Assembly (NCBI GenBank): GCA_964385685.1 | Contig: CAYLQD010000003.1 | Coordinates: 30,361 to 94,360, forward strand | From: an uncultured Planctomycetota bacterium | Lineage (GTDB): Bacteria > Planctomycetota > PUPC01 | Reading direction: 5' to 3' | DNA length: 64,000 nt | In this document: positions 1-10,700 of the stretch, piece by piece | Numbering within the stretch: position 1 is the stretch's first letter | Layout of the letters: the number at the start of each line of letters is the position of its first letter | Notes under the pieces: model-generated | What the model was told of the DNA's origin: nothing | Database searches by the model: none | The model's input: only the letters and a program-made list of their open reading frames with translations | Program-made: the position numbers and the translations under genes

Positions 1-164
1 GTCGGCGTGGGGTGGGTCTTCGGCAGGCCGGGCTGCGGGAAGCGCTGAGCGGGCGTCCACAGGTCGCCGGGGGCCGGACGCGAACGGCGCCAGCCGACGA
101 ATGCGCCCAAGCCGATGGCGGCGGCGACGAGGATGATGGTCAGAACGACGCGTGTCCTGCTCAA
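1..164 (-). CDS. N-terminal part of a membrane protein, probably the 4Fe-4S-binding membrane subunit of the operon (runs off the window edge)
   Basis: Not in the ORF track. A TTG start overlaps the TGA of the ferredoxin gene (TTGA at 161-164) and reads LSRTRVVLTIILVAAAIGLGAFVGWRR...AQRFPQPGLP, a TM helix followed by an RFPxP motif. The product call rests on operon context. Confidence 0.45.
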   Translation of the reverse strand, partial: MSRTRVVLTIILVAAAIGLGAFVGWRRSRPAPGDLWTPAQRFPQPGLPKTHPTP

Positions 165-754
165 GTGGGCTTGCCCTCGGTTTCGCCGCGTCGGGTCTTG
201 AGCTTCGGCTTCACGTACGGATCGCCGGCGGAAAGCCGGACGAAGGCGTTCGACGGGCAGGCCTCGGCGATCGAGCACTGGCTGCAGTTGCGGCAGCGGT
301 CGTGCCGGACCTGCAGATAGAGCGAGCCGTTGCCCTGCACGCGGCAGCCCTTGGCGCACTTGCCGCACGCGACGCACTTCTCCTCGTCGACGGTGTATTC
401 GTGGAACTGGTCGGCGACGTGCTTCCGCTTGAGCGCGCCGACGGGGCACAGCTCGTTTTCGGCGCCGGGCGTGTGGTCGCCGGGCTTATTGACGAAGTAG
501 CCGAAGCAGGGGAGGCAGTAGCCGCAGATGCTGATGGCGTGGATGCACTTGACGGCGGAGGTTTCGAGCACGCAGTAGTCGGCGCAGTTGCCGCACTGGA
601 TGCACTTGCTCGGGTCGATCTGCCAGACCTTGCCTTCGCGGCTGCCGCGGCCGCCGAGGAAGCCGATGCCGCCGCCGAGCACGACGAGCGCGCCGATCTG
701 GCCGCCGGCCTTGAGCACGTCGCGACGCGTGAGTTCTTTCTTGTCGTCTGCCAT
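161..754 (-). CDS. 4Fe-4S dicluster ferredoxin-like protein with twin-arginine-like N-terminus
   Basis: MADDKKELTRRDVLK plus a hydrophobic stretch; CIQCGNCADYC, CGYCLPC, CVACGKCAKGC and CRNCSQC...CP clusters; GGAG RBS before the ATG at 754. Confidence 0.85.
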   Translation of the reverse strand: MADDKKELTRRDVLKAGGQIGALVVLGGGIGFLGGRGSREGKVWQIDPSKCIQCGNCADYCVLETSAVKCIHAISICGYCLPCFGYFVNKPGDHTPGAENELCPVGALKRKHVADQFHEYTVDEEKCVACGKCAKGCRVQGNGSLYLQVRHDRCRNCSQCSIAEACPSNAFVRLSAGDPYVKPKLKTRRGETEGKPT

Positions 755-779
755 CGGAGGTCCTCGGGGCGAACGGCGA

Positions 780-1016
780 CTACGATTTCGACGAGCACTC
801 GGGCCCACAGCCGGGCGACTCGTATTGGCTCAACTCGCAGTTGCAGCACCGCGAGCACGTGCGGCAGTTGGCGTCGTTGATGCACAGGAGCTTGCCGTCG
901 GCGCCGCGCCGCGCCAGCGCGGCGGCCCCGCCGACGAGCCCGCCGAGCGCCATCCAGCGGAACAGGCCGCGGACGAAACCGCGGCGGTCGGTCCTAGCAT
1001 CGGTCTTCTCGTTCAT
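780..1016 (-). CDS. Small Cys-rich membrane-anchored protein with twin-Arg motif
   Basis: DRRGFVR followed by a hydrophobic helix, then CINDANCRTCSRCCNC; overlaps the upstream stop by 4 bp. Confidence 0.65.
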   Translation of the reverse strand: MNEKTDARTDRRGFVRGLFRWMALGGLVGGAAALARRGADGKLLCINDANCRTCSRCCNCELSQYESPGCGPECSSKS

Positions 1017-2023
1017 CTGTCCGTTCCTTCCTTCTTCACAAAGATGCGCACAGTGTTCGTCGACGGATCGAGCACGAGGACGCGGCCGCGGCCGTCAACG
1101 GCGACGTCGAGCGCCTTGCCCTTGGTGCAGTCGTCGGTCGGGCATCGCAGCGCAAGGAACGATTGCGGCCCGGCCACGACGCTTCGGAGCGTGCCGTCCT
1201 TGGCGAAGACGGTCACGCGCGGCACGCCCTTCTCGGTCGTGACGACGCCGCCGTCGGGCAGGACGGCGAGGTGGACGGGATTGCAGCAGCCCTGGAACCG
1301 GCCGACGTCTCCGCCGGCGGCGCCCCAGTGCCCGAGCGGCTCGCCGTCGAGCGTGTAGCGCTCGACACGAAGGCGGCCTGGGTTTCCAACGCGAAGCATG
1401 CCGTCCGCGCCGACGGCGACGTCGAGGTAGGCGCTGGGCAGGACGAACCCGTCGATATTCCGGTCCGGATCCTTCCGGCCGACCTCGCCGAGCGGCTTGC
1501 CCGCGAGATCGTAGCGGTGCACGACCTTCGCCTGGGCGTCGGCGACAAACACGGCGTCGGGCGTGACGGCGACGGACGTGAAGATCGCGTCTTCGGCGGC
1601 GGCCGGCCAGCGCGCCCGCTCGGCTCCGTCGGCGCCGTAGACGGCGATCCGGTTCGCACTGGCGACGTAGAGCGTGCCGTCGGCCGCGACGGCCAGGCAC
1701 CGCGGCTCGTCGGCCGTCTCGATCGTCGAGCGCGGCGTGCCGTCGGGCTCGAAGATGCGGACCGCGCGGTCGCCCGCGACGTGGACACGGTCGGCGGGCC
1801 CGACGGCGACGGCGCGGGCGTCGCTCAGCCCGGTCGCGATCCCCGCGGTCTCCTCCTCGTAGTGAAACAGCGCGGGATCGATGGGCTTGAGCGCATCCAT
1901 GTCCGAGGTCGGCGGCGTCTCGGGGCCGCGCACATCGAGCGTCAGCGCGACATAGACGCCGACCGCCGCGGCGAGCGCAACGACGATGCCGACGACGACC
2001 GACGCGGGCTTTGAGTTCGCCAC
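1013..2023 (-). CDS. NHL-repeat beta-propeller protein with N-terminal TM anchor
   Basis: GTG at 2023 with AGGAGG RBS; repeats such as AVAVGPADRVHVA, LAVAADGTLYVAS, VAVTPDAVFVAD, FQGCCNPVHLAVLPDGGVVTTEKG. Confidence 0.8.
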   Translation of the reverse strand: MANSKPASVVVGIVVALAAAVGVYVALTLDVRGPETPPTSDMDALKPIDPALFHYEEETAGIATGLSDARAVAVGPADRVHVAGDRAVRIFEPDGTPRSTIETADEPRCLAVAADGTLYVASANRIAVYGADGAERARWPAAAEDAIFTSVAVTPDAVFVADAQAKVVHRYDLAGKPLGEVGRKDPDRNIDGFVLPSAYLDVAVGADGMLRVGNPGRLRVERYTLDGEPLGHWGAAGGDVGRFQGCCNPVHLAVLPDGGVVTTEKGVPRVTVFAKDGTLRSVVAGPQSFLALRCPTDDCTKGKALDVAVDGRGRVLVLDPSTNTVRIFVKKEGTDR

Positions 2024-2025
2024 GG

Positions 2026-3420
2026 CTATTTCCTCCTGACGTCGAGGCAGACCATTCGGTTCATGTCGCGCACGAGCAGACGGCCGGCGGCGATGGCCAT
2101 CGGCGCCCACGACTCCTTGCGCTCGGCCGGGAGCACCTTGGCCTCGGCCAGTTGGCGGTAGCCGGCGGGCGTCGCCTCGGCGAGCCGCAGCACGCCGACG
2201 TCGTCCATCAGGAAGAGCAGGCCGTTTGCGGCGATATAGGAGCCGCGGCCGAACTGCTTCCGCCGCCCGCCCGACCAGAGCCGCCGGCCGGTGAGGTCGA
2301 GGCAGGCGAGCCGGCCCCTGGTGTCGACGCCGTAGAGGTGGCCGCCGGTCAGGACGGGCGTGTGCTGTTCGGCGCCGAACACGTGCTCGGGCAGGTCGAA
2401 GAGCTTCGTGACGGTGACGCGGCCGCCGGCCTCCTCGAACCGGAGCATGCGGCTGCCGCTCCCATAGCCGGCGGTGAGGAAGACGCGTCCGTCGCCGAGG
2501 ACGACGGGCGACGGGATGGTCGCGGGCGACGCCCACCACGTGCCGTCTTCCCAGACGATGCGGCCGTCGGCGGCGTCGACGGCGACGATCCCGCGGCTCG
2601 CGCAGTAGAGGTAGAGCCGGCGGCCGCCGAGATCGAGCGGCATCACGGACGAGTGCGACATCTTCCAGCCGCGGGGGTTTGGCGTCCTCCAGGCGACCTC
2701 GCCCGTCCCGCAGTCGACGGCGATCAGGAGCGCGTCGGGGGCGCCGGCGCCGATGATGGCCCGCCCGCGATCGATCAGCGGGCACTGGCCGGCGTACCAC
2801 GGCGGAACCTCGGCCTTGAACTCGGTGACGAGGTCGAGCCCCCACTTGAGCGCGCCCGTCTTCGCATCGGCGCAGACGACGTGGCAGAGCGGGCCGAAGC
2901 TGACGACCCACTTGTCCGTGGCGGCGGGGACGGTTCGCGACATCCCGTAGTTCCACTTGATGTCGATCGGATAGGAGAGCCGCCAGATTTCGCGGCCGTT
3001 CTCGAGCGAGAGGCAGCGGAGGGCGTCACGCGACGCGGCCTCGTCGTAGTCCATCACGTAGACGCGGCCCGCGAGCACGGCGGCCCCGGCGTAGCCCTCG
3101 CCGAGTTCGACGGACCAGAGCCGCGGCGGGCCGTTCGGCCCCCAGGTGCGGGCGAGCGGGGGCTCGCCGCTGGAGGCGCCGTCAAGCTTGGCGCCGCGGA
3201 ACCGCGGCCACGAGCCGGGCAGATCGGGCGGCGCCACGTCGGAGGTCTCGACGCGGTGTGTTTCTCGGATCGGAAGGCGCGGCGCGGCCAGGCGCCCGGT
3301 CGCCGGCCGAGCCGGCGGCAGGCGCTCGGTGAGCGGGGGATCCTCCGCGCGGAGCCACAGGGCGAGCGACACCACGGAGAACAGCGCGACGAGTGTTGGA
3401 ACGATGCGGTCGACGGTCAT
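2026..3420 (-). CDS. PQQ-binding-like (BamB-type) beta-propeller protein
   Basis: WPRFRGAKLDGAS, LWSVELGEGYAGAAV, CLSLENGREIWR, HSSVM, PSPVV, LVCLD: the Planctomycete PQQ-like repeat pattern. Confidence 0.85.
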   Translation of the reverse strand: MTVDRIVPTLVALFSVVSLALWLRAEDPPLTERLPPARPATGRLAAPRLPIRETHRVETSDVAPPDLPGSWPRFRGAKLDGASSGEPPLARTWGPNGPPRLWSVELGEGYAGAAVLAGRVYVMDYDEAASRDALRCLSLENGREIWRLSYPIDIKWNYGMSRTVPAATDKWVVSFGPLCHVVCADAKTGALKWGLDLVTEFKAEVPPWYAGQCPLIDRGRAIIGAGAPDALLIAVDCGTGEVAWRTPNPRGWKMSHSSVMPLDLGGRRLYLYCASRGIVAVDAADGRIVWEDGTWWASPATIPSPVVLGDGRVFLTAGYGSGSRMLRFEEAGGRVTVTKLFDLPEHVFGAEQHTPVLTGGHLYGVDTRGRLACLDLTGRRLWSGGRRKQFGRGSYIAANGLLFLMDDVGVLRLAEATPAGYRQLAEAKVLPAERKESWAPMAIAAGRLLVRDMNRMVCLDVRRK

Positions 3421-3759
3421 GGGGCGTGTCCTACCCCTCCACTTGGCCGGTCGGGCTATTATATCAGAAGCGCTCGGCGAGAGAGGCGGAAAAGGCCGGG
3501 GCGGCGGGCTCGCCGACAGGCGCGGTGCGCGTTCCGTATCGCTGCGATCGGCCCGAGATTTGTGGATGTTTTTCCTTGAAATGCGTTGGAGCGGCTGTTA
3601 CTTTACGGTCAATCCCGGCCGCCTGAGACTGAGTGGGCGGTCGCCGTGCGTACAGATACGCTGCAAGCGGCAAGGGTCGGTGTCTAGACCGGTGCATCCT
3701 GAGTCCGCCCCGCTACGCCGACGGTCCGCCACGCAGCTTCGGCTCGAGGAGGTGCAGAT

Positions 3760-6657
3760 ATGAGTTTCGCCGATTTCTTCCACACGCAGATTGTCGCCGG
3801 CACCGACGCCCACTGCGAGGCCCTGTTCGAAGAGCTGGAGCCCCGGCTCCTGTTATCGAACTCGTGGCCCATCGAAGTCGTCGACGCGCCGGGCGACGTG
3901 GGTTCGTTCGCATCGCTCGCCGTCGGCGGCAGCACCGGGCCGGACCGGCACATCAGCTACTACGACGAGACCGGCGGCAACCTCAAGTACGCGATGTGGG
4001 ATGCCGGCACGGAGTTGTGGACGACCTCGACGGTCGACAGCGGGGGCAACGTGGGCCAGCACACGTCGATCGCTCTGGACACGTCGTGGAACCCACACAT
4101 CAGCTACTACGACGCGACGAACGGCTCGCTGAAGTACACCCGGTGGGACGACGGCGACGCGCGGTGGGAGGAAGCTGACGGCACCGCGGGTTTTGAGACC
4201 GTTGACAGCAGCATATTCGGCGTCGGTTCGTTCACGTCCCTGGCGCTCGACTCGTCGGGCCAGGCGCGGATCAGCTACTACGACGCGTTCAACGAGCAAC
4301 TCAAGTATGCGGCGTGGGACGCGGGCGGCGGTACGTGGGACATCGAGGTCGTCGAGGATTCGACGGCCGGCGACACATTCCTCGAGTTCAACGACGACCA
4401 GGACCAACTCAGCGGCTACGAAAACCTGACGGGCGTGACGGGCGCCAACTCAGACGGCGGGACGCTCTATGTGAGTCTCATCTATGATGACATCCTCGCC
4501 GAGTGGCGCACTGAAATCTACAAGGATGACATCCGCTCAGATCTGGTTGCCCATACGGACGTGGGGACAAATCCTGGCACGAGGATCATCTTCGAGGACG
4601 GCGGAAGCGGCATCGGAGGTTCTATCGTTTGGGACCAACTCGTGGAGCCGGGCAACCTGGGGCAGGACCTCGACATCCGAATCACCCTGATCGGCACGCC
4701 GGGCGGCCCGTACAACTCGCTGGACCTCGACGCGGCGGGGAAGCCGCAAATTGCCTTCTACGACGCCAACGATGGCGACCTGAAATACGCGAAGTGGACG
4801 CCCGGTGTCGAGTGGACGATCGAGACCGTTGACGACGCCGGCGACGTGGGCCAAAACGTCTCGCTGGCACTCACCAGCGCCGGCAGGCCGCGCATCGCCT
4901 ACTACGACGCCACGAACGGCGATCTGAAGTATGCCGCGTGGGATGGCGGCGCCTGGACGACCGAGACCGTCGACGACACCGGCGACGTGGGCCAGTTCGC
5001 CAGCATCGACCTCGACGCGGCCGACAAGCCGCACATCACGTATCTGGACTACACCAACGGCGACCTGAAGTACGCCGGCTGGACGGCCAGCTGGGCGATC
5101 GAGGTGGTTGATGCCGTCGGCTGGGATTCAACGACCGCTCCGGGCATGGGCCTCAACGCCGGCGTCGCCACGTCGCTCGTGATCGGCGCCAGCGGAAAGG
5201 CGCAGATTGCCTACCACAACTACACGAACACGAACCTCAACTTCACGATGCAGAACTACCGGCCGACGCTCACGAGCATGACCACGCTCGCGGGCGCCGC
5301 CGAGAACGTGCCGTTCACGATCACGTATGCCATGCTCGCCGCCGCCGGCAATGAGGCGGATCCCGAGGGGGCCGCGATCAGTTTCCGGATCGAGTCCGTC
5401 GAGAACGGCACCCTCACCAAGGGCGGGGTGCCCGTGGTGCCGGGCGTCACACTGATCGGCGCGGGCGAAGAACTCGTCTGGACGCCGCCCGCCGACACGA
5501 GCGGCGACGTCACGGCGTTCAAGGTCAAGGCGTGGGACGGCCTTGCCGCATCCGACGACCCCGCGGTGGACGTGGTCGTCAACATCGGAGCGAACGCGCG
5601 GCCGACCCTGACGACGGTCAACACGCTCCACGGAGCGGTCAAGGACACAGCGTTTACGATCAGCTACGCGACGCTTGCCGCAGCGGCCGACGAGGCGGAC
5701 GCCGACGGCGACCCCATCACCTTCATCATCCAGGGCGTCACGAACGGAACGCTGACGAAGGGCGGAGCCCCCGTCGTCCCGGGCACGACGACGCTGGCCG
5801 CGGGCGAGACACTCGTCTGGACGCCGCCCGCCGGGTTCACCGGCGAGACCGAGGCGTTCACCATCATCGTCACCGACGGGGTCCTCATGTCGGAACCCGA
5901 CGTCGCCGTCAACGTAGACGTGTCGTCGGCGCTCGGCCTCGCCCTCGACGAGAGCAAGCTCCCCGCGACCCTCATCCCGGGCAGCAAGAAGAACGGCGTC
6001 ATCAAGAAGGTGATCGCCATCGTCACCAACAACACGGGGGCCTTCTTCACGGGCCCTGTCACGCTGAGATTGTACGTCTCGGCGGACGGCACGCTGAACG
6101 ACGCGACCCTGCTCGACACCGTGTCGAAAACCGTCAAGCTGAAGATCGGCAAAGCAAAGAAGATCACGTTCAAGAAGGTGATCGTTCCCGAGCTGACCCC
6201 CGGCGGATACAAGCTCGTTGTCGACGGCGCTCTCACGAACCCCCTCGCGACGATCCGCACGATCTTCTGGGGAACCGCGACCTTCGACCTGACGGGCATC
6301 ATCAAGAACACCACGTTCACTGTGAACCCGTCATACAAGGAGAACTACAAGGGCACGATCCTGAACCAGGGCAGTTCCGACGTCAGCCAGCGGGTCCGCG
6401 TCGAACTCTACGGCTCCAGCGACCTGGTCCTCGACACGGCTGCGGACACGTTCATGGCCGCGTTCGACGGGGTGCTGACGGTCCGCGCGGGCAAGAAGCG
6501 GGGCGTCAAGCTGAACTTCACGCGGCTCGACTACGGGCTCGGAGACACGTTCACGCTCATCATTCTGGTCGATGCTGATGACGACGTGGCCGAGACGGAC
6601 GAGACGAACAACGAGGCGATGGCGGTCGCGGTTCAGACGACGAAGGACGCCGGCTAG
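3760..6657 (+). CDS. LEPR-XLL-motif surface protein with beta-propeller-like repeats, two cadherin-like repeats and a C-terminal CARDB-like domain
   Basis: GAGGAGG RBS; ELEPRLLLS motif; about six (S/A)YYDxxNGxLKYA repeats; duplicated RPTLT...NGTLTKGG.PVVPG.T...LVWTPPA module; C-terminal D.DD.VAETDETNN. Confidence 0.8.
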   Translation: MSFADFFHTQIVAGTDAHCEALFEELEPRLLLSNSWPIEVVDAPGDVGSFASLAVGGSTGPDRHISYYDETGGNLKYAMWDAGTELWTTSTVDSGGNVGQHTSIALDTSWNPHISYYDATNGSLKYTRWDDGDARWEEADGTAGFETVDSSIFGVGSFTSLALDSSGQARISYYDAFNEQLKYAAWDAGGGTWDIEVVEDSTAGDTFLEFNDDQDQLSGYENLTGVTGANSDGGTLYVSLIYDDILAEWRTEIYKDDIRSDLVAHTDVGTNPGTRIIFEDGGSGIGGSIVWDQLVEPGNLGQDLDIRITLIGTPGGPYNSLDLDAAGKPQIAFYDANDGDLKYAKWTPGVEWTIETVDDAGDVGQNVSLALTSAGRPRIAYYDATNGDLKYAAWDGGAWTTETVDDTGDVGQFASIDLDAADKPHITYLDYTNGDLKYAGWTASWAIEVVDAVGWDSTTAPGMGLNAGVATSLVIGASGKAQIAYHNYTNTNLNFTMQNYRPTLTSMTTLAGAAENVPFTITYAMLAAAGNEADPEGAAISFRIESVENGTLTKGGVPVVPGVTLIGAGEELVWTPPADTSGDVTAFKVKAWDGLAASDDPAVDVVVNIGANARPTLTTVNTLHGAVKDTAFTISYATLAAAADEADADGDPITFIIQGVTNGTLTKGGAPVVPGTTTLAAGETLVWTPPAGFTGETEAFTIIVTDGVLMSEPDVAVNVDVSSALGLALDESKLPATLIPGSKKNGVIKKVIAIVTNNTGAFFTGPVTLRLYVSADGTLNDATLLDTVSKTVKLKIGKAKKITFKKVIVPELTPGGYKLVVDGALTNPLATIRTIFWGTATFDLTGIIKNTTFTVNPSYKENYKGTILNQGSSDVSQRVRVELYGSSDLVLDTAADTFMAAFDGVLTVRAGKKRGVKLNFTRLDYGLGDTFTLIILVDADDDVAETDETNNEAMAVAVQTTKDAG

Positions 6658-6904
6658 AGACGGGACGCAACGGGAATCAGCAGGTAAACCGGGCGCGGGC
6701 GTTGCCCGCGCTCATCCCCTTCGCATCAAGATCAGAGAATCCTTCCGCAGCTTGGGCTGGTCGGGCTCGACGCTCAACGAAATGTACCAGTGCGCGAGCG
6801 CCTTCGACTTCTTGCCCGAGTTCGCGTGCGCGACGCCGATGTTGCGGTTCAGCGCCGCGCGGGTAACATGGGATTCCCTCCTCGAGGACGATGCTGCGGC
6901 GTGG

Positions 6905-7681
6905 TCAGTCTTCCGACGGCTCTTCCGGCTCTTCCGCCTCGCTCAGGGCGTCTTCGGCGACGTCGGCGACGCGGCCCCAGTCGATCTCCCGAAGCGACCG
7001 GCGGAAGTCCTCGTCGGTGAGCGCGCGGACGACGGCATCGGCCCGCTCCGAGTCGAGAAGGCCGGCCAGCTCCTTGTGCTTCAGCACGCGTTGGATGCTC
7101 TTCTCCTCCATCACATCATCCCACTTCGAGGGATGGCGTTTGAGTTCCCACAGGGCGACGAGCGCCCGCTGCATGTCTTCTCGCTGGTCCGGCAGAATCC
7201 AGCGCTCGAACGGATTGTAGAGCTGGACGGTGCGCGCCGACCACGCCTCCTCGACACGGCGGGCCGCGCCGGGGGCCGTGTCGGGAAACGCGGAGAGGAA
7301 GCTCAACACGAGCCAGCACAGGATGCCGGCCTTGACGACGCCGAGCGCCGCTCCCCAATAGCGGTTCCACGGAGCCAGGCCGGGTCCGCCCTCACGCCGG
7401 CCGAACGAGCGGTCGCACATGGCCCCGACCGCCTTGACGACGATATAGATCGCGAGGGCGGCGCCGAGCACGAATCCGATTCGGAGGGCCGTCGCCGTGC
7501 CGGGATCCCAGTCGTTCGCGGCGATCACGGGCAATGCCATCAGCACGCCGAGCGGCGCCGCGAACAGGCCGATGAGAATGAGGGCCGCGAGACTGAACAC
7601 CTGGCGCAGGAAACCGCGCCACGCGCCGAGCAGGGCGAACAGGACAAGCGCGACAAGACAGACGATGTCGACGGCGTTCAA
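6905..7681 (-). CDS. cvpA: CvpA family (colicin V production) membrane protein
   Basis: MNAVDIVCLVALVLFALLGAWRGFLRQVFSLAALI and NRYWGAALGVVKA match the CvpA pattern. Confidence 0.8.
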   Translation of the reverse strand: MNAVDIVCLVALVLFALLGAWRGFLRQVFSLAALILIGLFAAPLGVLMALPVIAANDWDPGTATALRIGFVLGAALAIYIVVKAVGAMCDRSFGRREGGPGLAPWNRYWGAALGVVKAGILCWLVLSFLSAFPDTAPGAARRVEEAWSARTVQLYNPFERWILPDQREDMQRALVALWELKRHPSKWDDVMEEKSIQRVLKHKELAGLLDSERADAVVRALTDEDFRRSLREIDWGRVADVAEDALSEAEEPEEPSED

Positions 7682-7717
7682 AAACCCTCCCTTCCGGCCG
7701 GGCCCGCTGTGGCCCCC

Positions 7718-10700
7718 CTACTCCTTCTTCCGCCTGAGCAAGTTCACCGCCGCCGTCCGCCGGCGGGCCCCCGTCCTCCCCCCGCCGGCACGCTTCAGCA
7801 GCTCGTTGACCGCCTTCTTCGCGACGCTCGCCCGATTGTACTTGCCCGAGTGGACGCACAGCTCCGTGATCGCCTTGGCGCACGTGTAGGCGTCGCCCCA
7901 GGCCTTCGCCCGCGCGAGGGCCTTCTCGTAGTTCGACACGGCCGCGGCGTATTTCTTCGCCCGTTCGCGGACGCGGCCGCGGCCGAGATAGCCGCGCCAC
8001 GCATAGCCCTTGAGTTGGGGCGAGCGCGACGAACACAGCCTGTCGTAGTGCTTGTATGCGTCGGTCAGACTCCCGAGAGCGAGATGCTGGCCGGCCGCGA
8101 TGAGGCAGAACCGCGCCGGATGATCGCCGACCGCTCGGTACTCACGCATGGCTTTCTCGGCCTGGTTGGCGACGAAGAACCGGAGCAGGCGGCTCCGGCC
8201 GGCCGTACGGATGTAGGCGTTCAGGCGGTGTTGGTCCATGTCGGCCCCCGCCGGCGAGCCCGCGTCGCCCCGGTAGCGGAGAAAGTTCTCCGCCATCGCG
8301 ATCAACATGTAATCCCCGGTGTTCTGGAGCCAGGTGCCCTTCTTGTCACGGATGGCCGTCTGCGCGAAATCGCCCGCCGCGTTCGCCTCCGCCTGCGCCA
8401 TCTGATCGCGGGCCTGGGGCCAGTGGCGGAATACGCCGTTGTAGCGAGCGAGGCGCGTGTTGACGTTGCTGACCCACACGTGCGACTTGCGCCTGCGGCT
8501 CCATTCCTCGTATGCATAGCGCAGTTGAGCGGCCGGCGTCTTCTGCCGGCCGACCTTGACCTTGAAGATCGCGGCGTAGCGCTCGGCGCGGCGCGCGATC
8601 AACGGATCTGCGTGCTCCTGCAGCGCCTTGAGCCGGTTGCCCTTCCACGGCCGCACGCTGAAAACCTGGTCGTAGATGGTCGCCTCGGCGAGGTAGAGCC
8701 GGCCGAAACGTCTCAACTCGGCGATCTGCTCGCGCCGGTCGCTCGTTTGGGGCCCGATGGCCGCCGCCTCGTCCTCCGCCTCGGCCAGCCTGGCCAGAAT
8801 GCCAAGCCAGTCGGCCTTCGCGACCATCGGCGCGATCTGGACGATCCGCTGTTCGAGCAGTGCCTCCGCGAGCACCGCCTCGACCTCGCCGACCGAGTCC
8901 GCGTGCTCGACCACGTACCGGGTCGCGCCGTACTCACGCTCAAACGCGTCGTGGGCGGAGAGCGCCTTCTCCAGCACCTTCGGCTTCTCGGCCTGCCGCA
9001 CAATGTCCGCCAGCTGTCGCAGCGCCGAGGCCGCCTCGTCCTCGAGCACGCGATTCAGGAGGGCGTGCGCACGGACCAGCAGCGTCGCCCGCCCCGGTAC
9101 GTCCGAGCCCGGCCGCTCCTCGACCAGTTCAATCGCTCGGTGCGCCAACTCCTTCGCTTGCCCGTGCTTTTCCCCCGCCAGCAACTGCGCCAGATGATAC
9201 TGCCCGCGCGCATCGTCCTTCGCAATGATGGGAAACTTCTCGAACGCAAGAACATAGAAGGCCTGGGCGCCAAGCTCGCCCCACCGGAGGGAGCGCTTCC
9301 CCTCACGCGTCTCAACCCAGAGGCCGTCCGTCGACACGTCGAGGACGTTGCACCGCACCAGGGGCCCGGTACCCTTCACCTTCAGGTAGATCCCGGTCAC
9401 CGGGAGATGGGAGGGCAGGCCCGCGGTGAGACGCTTCACCAGCACGTACTCCGGCCCGAACCGCACCCGCAGCCCCTTCGCTTCGAGCCGCTCGGCCGCG
9501 AGCAGCTCCGGCTTCGCGATCAGCTTGTCGATCGCCGCATCGGCCTCGGCGTACTCCTTCCGGTCGATCAACCCCTGCACGTCCTTGAGCGCCGCCGCGA
9601 CGGGCCCGCGCTCCAGCGCCTTGCGCATCAGGTCATCGTATGGCACGAGCCGCTCGGCGACGTAGGGGTCCTTCGGGAAACGATCACGGATGGCCAGCAC
9701 CGCCTTGCCCACGGCCCAGCGGTCAGCGGAGACCGACGCCTCGAGCTGCTTGACGTCCGCGAACATGCGCAGGAACTCGTCCGCGGCGTCGACGGTCCCG
9801 CCCAGCTCGTCCAGCTTCGGCCTCAGGTGCTCCAGGTCCAGACGGTCGCGATCCGAGGCGAACAGGTCCCGCGCCTGCCCGGCATCGTTCTGGTCGAGCA
9901 GCGCCCAGACCTCATTGCGCAATCGCTCGTAATCGCGATCGGCCGCTTCGTGCACGACGGCGACCTTCTTGTCGATCAACTCCTGGAGCTCCGGCGTCAC
10001 CAGATGAGGGGGGACGCTCGACCGAATGATGGCGGCGGCCGTCTTGAACTGCCTCTTCGCCGTCGCCGACTCGGCCCGCTTCGCGAACGTGGCAAGAATG
10101 TGGTCGCTGTTGTCCCGGAGGATCTTCGCAAGCTCGGGCTCCTTCGCCGCCGCCTCGCCCGCCGTGGCCGTGTCGGGCGCATACGTCTTCAGCGCCTGGA
10201 GCCAGGCCGATGCCTCCGGCACGCGGATCGGCTCCGCGATCGCCAGATGCACCGCCGCGGCCACGTGTTCGCGGGCCCGCGACCGCCAATACGCGCGGAC
10301 CGTCTCGCCGTAGGGCGGGTCCTTCGGTGCCGACTTCGCCAGCTTCTCCAGCGCCTTCGCCTTGAGGATCCATTGCTGCGGGTTCTTCGCGGTGGTCTGA
10401 GTGAGACCGCGAAGCTCCTGCACCGCTTTCTTGAGCGCCTCTGCGTCTCGGGCGCGGGGCCCGTCGGGCGCGAGCGCCAGGCACTTGTTCAAGTTGGACA
10501 GGACCCCGTCGAAATGCTCCTGCGTCGGCTCCGTCCGTGCGAGTTGCGCGGCCCTCGTGTAGAGGATGGCTGCGTCGGCGCCTGCGCCCCCGCCCCCGCC
10601 CTCCTCGCGTCGGAAAAGACCGAGGGCGACGGCGACCACGGCCAACAGGGCGATCGCTCCGGCGACCCCCGCGAGCACGATCATCGGGCGGGACCGCGGC

